A stretch of DNA of 64,000 bases, taken from contig CACJBO010000003.1 of assembly GCA_902591665.1 (NCBI GenBank), forward strand, positions 41,129-105,128. The letters are read 5' to 3'. The position numbers were made by a program, and so were the translations under genes. The notes under the pieces were generated by a model. It saw only the letters and a program-made list of their open reading frames with translations. It ran no database searches and was not told the origin of the DNA. Source of the DNA: an uncultured SAR86 cluster bacterium (lineage in GTDB: Bacteria; Pseudomonadota; Gammaproteobacteria; Magnimaribacterales; D2472). This document shows, in pieces, positions 56,897-64,000 of the stretch (position 1 is its first letter; the number at the start of each line of letters is the position of its first letter).

Positions 56897-57703
56897 TTAA
56901 ATAAAGCCTCTAAAACCTTTTTGAACTCTTAATTTAAATGCAAAAAAATTATCCTTACCAGAAGCTTTTATTCTTTTAAGTTCATATGGTTTATTTGTGT
57001 TAGCTACTCCCTCGTCTGTAGTAACTGCAGACTCAAAGTTGCTAGTCTCAATAATTTTAACGTCCTCAGCATTATATATTCCAAATGGATATGCAAAACT
57101 TGAAACCTTTGTATTAAAAGTTGTTTCTAGAATATTTTTGCATTCAATCATTTCATATTTTTTATCTTCTATGGAAGTGTTTGGTAAATAGGGATGGGTA
57201 ATTGTATGGCCACCAAGTTCAAAAACACCTGAATCTAGCATTTCTTTTATATGGTTATCAGATAATTTTTTTTCATCAGCTAATACGCCAGTATTATGTT
57301 TAGGATTTTTTTTTACAGACCAGTCATTTTGGTGTCTATCAATTACCAAGTATAAAGTAGCACAGGCTTCATACTTTTTAAGCAAGGGTAACGCTTGAGA
57401 ATAGTTATCTAAATAACCATCATCAAAGGTAATTGCCACCACTTTGTTTTCATTTTCATGATTTTTTAATTCAGACATCTTTATAAATTTCCATCCGTTT
57501 TCCTTGAAGTACTTTAATTGTCTTTCAAACATCTCTGGGGAAACTCTTAAACCAGATTTTTTTCCTTTTGCAAGTTGATCTGAAATCATGTGATACATCA
57601 TAATTCTTGTTTTTTTCATGTTTGCTTTTGGATACCACCATGCATATTTCAACGAAAAAAGTATTATCAAAAGATCTATAATGATAGCGATAGTTATTAA
57701 CAT
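56897..57703 (-). CDS. polysaccharide deacetylase (NodB homology domain), membrane-anchored
   Basis: 268 aa. N-terminal TM, ITFDDGY, and a later GGHT.THP block. Confidence 0.8.
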   Translation of the reverse strand: MLITIAIIIDLLIILFSLKYAWWYPKANMKKTRIMMYHMISDQLAKGKKSGLRVSPEMFERQLKYFKENGWKFIKMSELKNHENENKVVAITFDDGYLDNYSQALPLLKKYEACATLYLVIDRHQNDWSVKKNPKHNTGVLADEKKLSDNHIKEMLDSGVFELGGHTITHPYLPNTSIEDKKYEMIECKNILETTFNTKVSSFAYPFGIYNAEDVKIIETSNFESAVTTDEGVANTNKPYELKRIKASGKDNFFAFKLRVQKGFRGFI

Positions 57704-58806
57704 GTGATTATTTCTTTATAAAAATTTATTGTAGATTGACACATATTTGATTTTAAGAACTTTGTATTTTCTTTAATATCTTTATTATTTCCATCAAGTA
57801 TTGATAAAGATTTATTCAACAAAGATTTTGAATCATTTGGTTCAACAGAACCATATGGATATAGCTCTTCTAAAATTTCTTTAACTCCACCCCTGTTGTA
57901 ACCAATAGACGGGACCCCAATGGATAAAGGTTCTAAGATACTTCTACCGAATGACTCAGGCTTATTTGATGTATTAAAAACAATATTGGATATTGCATAA
58001 ATATTTTTTATATCTTTTCTGAAGTTTAAAAAATAAATATCTGATTCTAGATTTAATGAATGAATTAATTTTTTAAGGCGATCTAAATATTTTTTATGTT
58101 TATCTTTAGCTTCTCCAGCAATCAAGACCTTTACCCTATGGTTAGATTGCTCATGAATATCTTTTGTTAAATTAATAATTTTTTCAAAATCTTTTAATGG
58201 CGATATTCTTCCTGCAATGGTTAGTAACTTACAATTTTTTGTATCTGGGTAATCTGTATACCATTTATCTAGCCAGTCACTTGGTGGTTTATAGCCATTA
58301 AAATATTCTGTCTTATCTATACCCCTATATATGAGTTTTATATTCTTAGATTCTGTATTTTTATAATTATCTGCTAAATAGCTATACGCTGAATCTGATA
58401 CTGTAATAATATTTTCTGGTTTTGACATTACCGCGCTGTAAAAATTTACAGAATAAAGACCATGAATGGTTGAAACCATTTTGGGTCTTTTTTGTTCTGG
58501 TATTTTATTTAAAGCTTTCCAAACTATCCAGGCCGGCATTCTAGACCTAACATGCAATATGTCAGCTTTCATTTCTTCAATCCATGTTGCCAATGGTTTA
58601 ACTTGTCTTAGTGTAAATATATTTTTTTTATGGAGCTCCCAATGATGATGATATGTACCCTCGTTAATCAATTGATCTACAAGTCTGCCACCAGCTGAAA
58701 CAACATGTGATTCATGACCAGCATCTACCAAAGCTTTGGATATTTCTAGAACGCCTTGCTCAACCCCTCCGCTTTCAAGAGTTGGAACAAATTGGATAAC
58801 TTTCAT
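57697..58806 (-). CDS. glycosyltransferase family 4 (GT-B)
   Basis: 369 aa. N-terminal GG.E..V.E..KAL...GH and C-terminal PESFGRS.LE....G.P motif. It overlaps the deacetylase start by 7 nt. Confidence 0.8.
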   Translation of the reverse strand: MKVIQFVPTLESGGVEQGVLEISKALVDAGHESHVVSAGGRLVDQLINEGTYHHHWELHKKNIFTLRQVKPLATWIEEMKADILHVRSRMPAWIVWKALNKIPEQKRPKMVSTIHGLYSVNFYSAVMSKPENIITVSDSAYSYLADNYKNTESKNIKLIYRGIDKTEYFNGYKPPSDWLDKWYTDYPDTKNCKLLTIAGRISPLKDFEKIINLTKDIHEQSNHRVKVLIAGEAKDKHKKYLDRLKKLIHSLNLESDIYFLNFRKDIKNIYAISNIVFNTSNKPESFGRSILEPLSIGVPSIGYNRGGVKEILEELYPYGSVEPNDSKSLLNKSLSILDGNNKDIKENTKFLKSNMCQSTINFYKEIITC

Positions 58807-58848
58807 TCATAGATTTTAACATCGATGTCCAAGGTATCTAAATATAGA

Positions 58849-59136
58849 TTAATCAATACCTTCAACTATAGTAACTAATCTTTTTGCTGAGTTCTTTACG
58901 TAATTCAAAGCTTCTTGATATTCATCGGAGTTATAACAAGATAATGCTTCATCAAAAGAATTAAATTCTATTAATACGGTTCTATCGAAACCCTCTCCCT
59001 CGACCTCTACTTGCTGCCCGCCTCTTACAAGGAAATTGCCGTTGTGTTTATGAACAATTGGTCCCGCTAAATCAATATATTTAGCGTATTCCTCTTGATT
59101 TAAGATATTACCTCTTACAACCCAGTAGGCCTTCAT
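58849..59136 (-). CDS. DUF1330 domain protein
   Basis: 95 aa. The pattern AYWVV...I.N.EEY.KY......V.K..G.FLVRGG......EG......VLIEF.S...A...Y.S.EYQ is typical of DUF1330. Confidence 0.8.
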   Translation of the reverse strand: MKAYWVVRGNILNQEEYAKYIDLAGPIVHKHNGNFLVRGGQQVEVEGEGFDRTVLIEFNSFDEALSCYNSDEYQEALNYVKNSAKRLVTIVEGID

Positions 59137-59138
59137 CT

Positions 59139-61358
59139 CTATGACTTAAATTTTAGTCTTGTTTCATGAAGTATGGGTTCAGTATATCCACTAGGCTGTA
59201 TCCTGCCCTGTATAGCAAGATTGCATGCAGCTTCAAAGGCTAATCCATCATATGAAGGTGCCATAGATTTATATAGAGGGTCTGAATTATTTTGCCCATC
59301 AACAACCAATGCCATTTTTTTCATAGCCTCTCTAACTTGATCTTCAGAAACTAAATTGTGATGAAGCCAGTTGGCTATATGTTGACTTGATATTCTGCAG
59401 GTGGCTCTATCCTCCATAAGACCTATATTATTAATATCGGGAACTTTTGAACAACCAACACCCTGATCAACCCACCTAACAACATAACCTAGAATTCCCT
59501 GACAATTATTTTCAAGCTCAGCTTGAATTTCTTCAGTTGATATTTCTGAAGGACTTTTATGAACAGGAATGTCTAATATGGCATCTAAACTTGCTTTCTC
59601 TCTATTCATGATTATTGCTTGCTCTTCGCTTACAAGAATTTGATGATAATGAATTGCGTGAAGTGTTGCAGCGGTTGGAGATGGTACCCAAGCACAATTA
59701 GCGCCAGCTTTAGGATGCATGGTTTTGGTATTGTACATTCCAAGCATCTCATCGGGCATTGGCCACATACCTTTACCTATTTGAGCTCTTCCTTTAAAAC
59801 CTGTTTCTAAACCTATATCAACATTCCAATTTTCATATTGAGCTATCCACTGATGCAGTTTCATATCAGCTTTAGTAATCATAGGTCCAGCTTCCATGCT
59901 TGTATGAATCTCATCACCGGTTCTATCAAGAAAACCAGTATTAATAAAAATGACTCTATCTTTTGCTACTTCAATACATTCTTTTAAGTTAACTGTAGTT
60001 CTTCTCTCCTCATCCATAATCCCAACCTTTGCAGTTAGCTGAGGTAGTCCTAATGCTGCTTCTACAGCTGAAAACAGATCACAAGTAAATTGCACCTCTT
60101 CTGGGCCATGCATTTTAGGTTTAACTATATAAATACTTCCAGTTTTTGAATTCTGATATAAGCCATTTTTATTTAAGTCATGCATGGCAATACATATTGT
60201 AAACATAGCATCAATAATTCCCTCTGGGACTTCATTGCCTTGAGAATCTAGAACACCAGGATTTGTCATAAGGTGTCCAACATTTCTAACAAGCATTAAG
60301 CTTCTTCCTGGTAGAACTAAATCATTGCCCTCTGCTGTAATGTAAGATCTATCTGAATTTAACTCTCTTGTTATAAGAGAACCATTTTTATCAAAAGATT
60401 CTTTTAAATCTCCTTTCATTAACCCTAACCAATTTCTATATACGGCTGTCTTATCTTCTCCATCAACAGCCGCTACTGAGTCTTCACAATCTTGAATTGT
60501 TGTAATGGCTGACTCCATAAGAATATCTTTAATACCTGCTTTATCAGTTTGACCAATAGGATGATTCGGATCAATTTGAATTTCAAAATGTAGATTATTG
60601 TTTTTAAACAGAAGATCGTATGAATCATTACCATTATCTCTGTAGCCAATATATTGAGATGGATTCTTTAAACTTACTTTACCCAAATCTGGAAGGAGTG
60701 CTTGAATATTTCCATCAACAAATTCAAACCCTAAAACATCTATAAAACTTCCTTGTTCCAGAGGGACTGTTTCATCTAAGAAATTCTTTGCAAAATCTAT
60801 TACTTTATCTCCTCTTACAGGATTGTAACCACCAACTTTTTCAGCCCCGTCGTCTTCGCTAATAACGTCAGTTCCATAAAGCGCATCATATAAACTGCCC
60901 CATCTAGCATTTGCAGCATTAAGTGCAAATCTTGCATTCATGACAGGAACAACAAGCTGAGGACCAGCAATAGTTTTTATTTCAGGATCTACGTTATCGG
61001 TCGATATTGAAAAATCTGGACTTCTCGGAGCAATATAACCAATATCTGACAAGAATGTTTTATATTTTTCAGGATTAAAATCTTCATCTTTATGGTCAAT
61101 GTGCCAACTATCAATCTGAGATTGAATATCTTCCCTTTTTTGCAATAAGACTTTATTTCTTGGAGAAAATTCATTCACTATTTTCTCAAAAGAAGACCAA
61201 AAATGTTCTTTTGAAATGTCCAAACCCTCAAGAACTTCATTTTCTAAAAAATCTCTTAGATGATTTGAAATTGTTAGAGACATTGAATCTGAACTAGATT
61301 TTTGAGTTTCTGGTTTTTGATTGTTAAAAAAAGAGGCTAATTTTGTAAATATATTCAT
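59139..61358 (-). CDS. glcB: malate synthase G
   Basis: 739-aa longest ORF that aligns end-to-end with the MSG pattern. The true start is probably the internal ATG at 61283 ([17 protein letters not shown]), by analogy with the E. coli GlcB N-terminus. Confidence 0.95.
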   Translation of the reverse strand: MNIFTKLASFFNNQKPETQKSSSDSMSLTISNHLRDFLENEVLEGLDISKEHFWSSFEKIVNEFSPRNKVLLQKREDIQSQIDSWHIDHKDEDFNPEKYKTFLSDIGYIAPRSPDFSISTDNVDPEIKTIAGPQLVVPVMNARFALNAANARWGSLYDALYGTDVISEDDGAEKVGGYNPVRGDKVIDFAKNFLDETVPLEQGSFIDVLGFEFVDGNIQALLPDLGKVSLKNPSQYIGYRDNGNDSYDLLFKNNNLHFEIQIDPNHPIGQTDKAGIKDILMESAITTIQDCEDSVAAVDGEDKTAVYRNWLGLMKGDLKESFDKNGSLITRELNSDRSYITAEGNDLVLPGRSLMLVRNVGHLMTNPGVLDSQGNEVPEGIIDAMFTICIAMHDLNKNGLYQNSKTGSIYIVKPKMHGPEEVQFTCDLFSAVEAALGLPQLTAKVGIMDEERRTTVNLKECIEVAKDRVIFINTGFLDRTGDEIHTSMEAGPMITKADMKLHQWIAQYENWNVDIGLETGFKGRAQIGKGMWPMPDEMLGMYNTKTMHPKAGANCAWVPSPTAATLHAIHYHQILVSEEQAIIMNREKASLDAILDIPVHKSPSEISTEEIQAELENNCQGILGYVVRWVDQGVGCSKVPDINNIGLMEDRATCRISSQHIANWLHHNLVSEDQVREAMKKMALVVDGQNNSDPLYKSMAPSYDGLAFEAACNLAIQGRIQPSGYTEPILHETRLKFKS

Positions 61359-61411
61359 CGAAGAATTATAGCAATTTGATTGAAATAACCAATACTAAAA
61401 ATTAGCAATGA

Positions 61412-62566
61412 TTATTTAAAATTTCTTATTTCTTCTTCAGGATGATAATTCCAAATCTTTTCTCTTACAGACCTCATTGCCAATGAAGGAAAGCGCTTCA
61501 TAACAAAATTTCTTAAGAAAACTATTATTGGATTTGAAATATGATTAAGATGCCCTTGTCTTAAAGACATATTTGCAATTGTTTTTATTCTTTTAATTCT
61601 TAAAAGCTCATAAGCATTCTGTGTTTTATTTATGTCAGAATCATATTTGATTAATAAATTTCCGAAAGTATATGCATCTTCAAGTGCAAGACATCCACCC
61701 TGACCAATAAAAGGCACTATTGGATGAGCAGCATCTCCCAACAAAGTTAGATTTTTGTATTTAATATTTTTTATATGTGGCCTTATATATACTCCCCACT
61801 TGAATAGAGGAGTATTTTCATTAATAAAAGAATAAGAATCTTTATTACCAAGAACTAAATCATCTATAAGCTCTTCATATGTACCTGATGATCTCCATGA
61901 CTCTTTGTATTTTTTTGGTGTTTTAATAGCTGCAACAAAACTAATTTTTGAATCAGAAACTGGATAAGTAACAATGTGATGATTTGATCCTAAAAAAGTG
62001 TGAGTATTCTGCTGTTTTTTTTCAACAATTGCTCTCCATACTGAATATCCGCTATAAACTGGCTCTTTATAACAATCTATTTTTTTTCTACATAGAGATT
62101 TAATACCATCACAGGCTGCTATATGTTTAACCTTGAAGGTTTTATTGTCTGATAATTTGAGTTCAACTTTATCAAAGTCTACATCGCATAATTCATGATC
62201 AAACAAAATTTCACCATCTAAAGACATATATTTTTTATATAAAAATTTATATAAAACCTGTCTTGATGTTGTTATTACATCGATATCAAAACTATTTATC
62301 TTCTTATCATTAGAAAAAAAAACTGCTTTATTAGGTTTTGGTGAAACTGAAATAATCTCATTGTAGATATCAAGATGCTTTAGGACTTTTATACCATTTG
62401 GAGAAATAGATATTCCAGCACCATAGTCACTGACATCACTAGATTTTTCAAATACAACAACAGGAATGTTTGCTTTCTTTAATATGCAAGCTAAGGTTAG
62501 CCCTGAAATTCCTGCACCAATAATTGCAATATGATTTGAGTAATTATTCACAGGATTATTATGCAT
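61412..62566 (-). CDS. FAD-dependent aromatic-ring monooxygenase (salicylate hydroxylase / UbiH-like)
   Basis: 384 aa. IAIIGAGISG, a DG..S motif (ACDGIKS), and GDAAHP..P..GQG. Confidence 0.85.
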   Translation of the reverse strand: MHNNPVNNYSNHIAIIGAGISGLTLACILKKANIPVVVFEKSSDVSDYGAGISISPNGIKVLKHLDIYNEIISVSPKPNKAVFFSNDKKINSFDIDVITTSRQVLYKFLYKKYMSLDGEILFDHELCDVDFDKVELKLSDNKTFKVKHIAACDGIKSLCRKKIDCYKEPVYSGYSVWRAIVEKKQQNTHTFLGSNHHIVTYPVSDSKISFVAAIKTPKKYKESWRSSGTYEELIDDLVLGNKDSYSFINENTPLFKWGVYIRPHIKNIKYKNLTLLGDAAHPIVPFIGQGGCLALEDAYTFGNLLIKYDSDINKTQNAYELLRIKRIKTIANMSLRQGHLNHISNPIIVFLRNFVMKRFPSLAMRSVREKIWNYHPEEEIRNFK

Positions 62567-62571
62567 TAAAT

Positions 62572-62596
62572 AAAAAAAATGGGAGCAAGAGCTCCC
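62572..62596 (-). terminator. rho-independent terminator 5 nt upstream of the monooxygenase start
   Basis: The minus strand reads GGGAGC-UCUU-GCUCCC, then A and U8. The next start codon is at 62566. Confidence 0.7.
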
Positions 62597-62615
62597 ATTT
62601 TTAATTTAGTTTTAT

Positions 62616-63374
62616 TTATTCAGGTGTTCTCATTGCTGTACCAAAATATGAGCTAGCGTTTGAGCATGAAAAGCCTTTAAGATTTGCTGCAGCCTCTGAA
62701 TCTCCAATTTTTGAATAAAATAATTCAGCATTAGTTCCTCTTTCAGATATTGAGGATGTATACATTAATCTAACAAAATCCACACCATCAGGTAATTGTG
62801 CACCTGCATCAGGAACAATCATTTTTCTTCCTACTGTGTCACCCTGTGATTGAGCATAGATAGCAAAATCTTTATATAGATCATAAACCTGTCTTGCAGT
62901 GTAACCCTCATCAAGAGAACAATCAGCATAAGTTGCATACATCATATTTCCAGTTTGCATACTTGCTGGCTGTGAAACAGTCCATTGCAATGTATCAATT
63001 TGCTGCGAATTGGTCACTGGTAAAGATTTTAGTAAATCAGCGCCGCCTTTTGTAATCCATGTTTCGAGACCCGTGAATTGTTCACCTGGGCCAGGCCATG
63101 TGTTTACCCACATCACGTCATGAGAACCTAGATCTGAGCTAAAGTATGGCTGTAAGATTGCTACTGTCATAGTGTCATATACTCCATCTAAATCTTCAGC
63201 CCAATCAGCAAATTCATCATACCAATCTGCAAGATCTTCAACATCTTTTCCTTTATTGAAAGTTCCAATATAGTATTCAGCCTTATTAACTTCTAATTCA
63301 TGCTTATATTCAACATCTTCTTGCGAATTAATGATAAATGCAGATGTAAGAACAAGCGTTAATAAATATTTCAT
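62616..63374 (-). CDS. secreted hypothetical protein
   Basis: 252 aa with a signal peptide and no recognisable motifs. It is acidic and rich in Trp and Tyr. Confidence 0.45.
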   Translation of the reverse strand: MKYLLTLVLTSAFIINSQEDVEYKHELEVNKAEYYIGTFNKGKDVEDLADWYDEFADWAEDLDGVYDTMTVAILQPYFSSDLGSHDVMWVNTWPGPGEQFTGLETWITKGGADLLKSLPVTNSQQIDTLQWTVSQPASMQTGNMMYATYADCSLDEGYTARQVYDLYKDFAIYAQSQGDTVGRKMIVPDAGAQLPDGVDFVRLMYTSSISERGTNAELFYSKIGDSEAAANLKGFSCSNASSYFGTAMRTPE

Positions 63375-63457
63375 ATTTCCTCTCCTTTTTATGAATGTTT
63401 ATTAATACTACATCAAAGATGGTTTAAATAGAGCAAATATATGTATAAATCTTATAC

Positions 63458-64000
63458 TTAATTTAATTTGCCGTTTGCGTCGTATGTATTAAAAAAGTTA
63501 AAGATTACTTCTGATGCGCTTATGCCAAATCTATCCTTCTTAGGCCAGACATGCGACATAGTATCAATCTTATATAATTCAACTTGAACATTATTTAAAC
63601 AATTTACATATTGTGAGTATTCAACAGAAGAACCTAAATTAATAAAATTATTGGTGGTAGTTATTGGTTCCACATCACATGAATTAAATTCTTGCCAATA
63701 AGTCATCACTTTTTCTATAGGCTCCATACCTAAGGCCGAATTACCATCAAACGGAACTGTTCCATCCAAAGCCCCATGAATTTGTAGAATAGGAATAGGT
63801 TTTTGTGGATTGCATGAATCATAGGTTTGTCTACTCATGGAACCAGTAACAGAGGCTACTCCTGAAATTTTTGAACTTAGGTTGCATGCAAGGTGATAGC
63901 TCATAAAACCTCCATTAGACATGCCTGTAGAGTAGATTCTATCCATATTTAGGTTATATTTCTTGGATACAAGTTCGATTACAGTATCAATAAAATCAAC
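63458..64000 (-). CDS. PHB-depolymerase-family esterase (LpqC-like), partial because the 5' end lies beyond the window
   Basis: Nucleophile elbow GMSNGG, then Q.HG..D..VP. The frame stays open to the window edge (VDFIDTVIELVSKKYNLN precedes the tracked Met). Confidence 0.7.
   Translation of the reverse strand, partial: VDFIDTVIELVSKKYNLNMDRIYSTGMSNGGFMSYHLACNLSSKISGVASVTGSMSRQTYDSCNPQKPIPILQIHGALDGTVPFDGNSALGMEPIEKVMTYWQEFNSCDVEPITTTNNFINLGSSVEYSQYVNCLNNVQVELYKIDTMSHVWPKKDRFGISASEVIFNFFNTYDANGKLN

Overview
This is an AT-rich, very gene-dense bacterial chromosomal window. Most intergenic gaps are under 60 nt, and many neighbouring genes overlap by 1-17 nt or converge on shared stop regions. 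It uses the standard code. I saw no rRNA, CRISPR array, integrase, transposase or phage genes. Gene content and local synteny point to a streamlined marine gammaproteobacterium, possibly SAR86-like; this assignment is inference only. The supporting elements are mrp<>metG, rnt, grxD, pdxJ, coaBC-panBCD, a Vibrio TonB2-type DUF3450-ExbB(long)-ExbB-ExbD-TonB-TPR cluster beside a 1021-aa TonB-dependent receptor, glcB, gcdH, ald and tdk. I call about 70 CDS, 4 tRNAs (Arg-ACG, Arg-UCG, Ser-GGA, Ala-GGC), 1 candidate sRNA, 3 intrinsic terminators and 1 LexA box. The items most worth follow-up are listed below. (1) A 19/20 LexA box fills the spacer of a strong promoter in front of an orphan 70-aa ORF. 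That ORF lies next to a cluster of two paralogous 5-TM proteins flanking a half-size MarR-like protein. (2) A 279-nt structured non-coding stretch ends in a terminator 11 nt before a DMT transporter start codon. (3) A promoter-to-terminator unit of about 220 nt looks like a rod-shaped (6S-like) sRNA. (4) Two tRNA-Arg genes are 72/77 identical but carry ACG and UCG anticodons. (5) Tandem DUF3604 (PHP-like) paralogs sit with a HupE/UreJ-type metal permease and a PPIase-like protein. (6) Two enzymes have conserved N-terminal domains that extend upstream of any ATG/GTG/TTG codon, suggesting ATT-type starts. (7) A tightly coupled MoxR-VWA-membrane protein-ABC2-QueF operon. All functional calls rest on motif recognition by eye, because no database search could be run.
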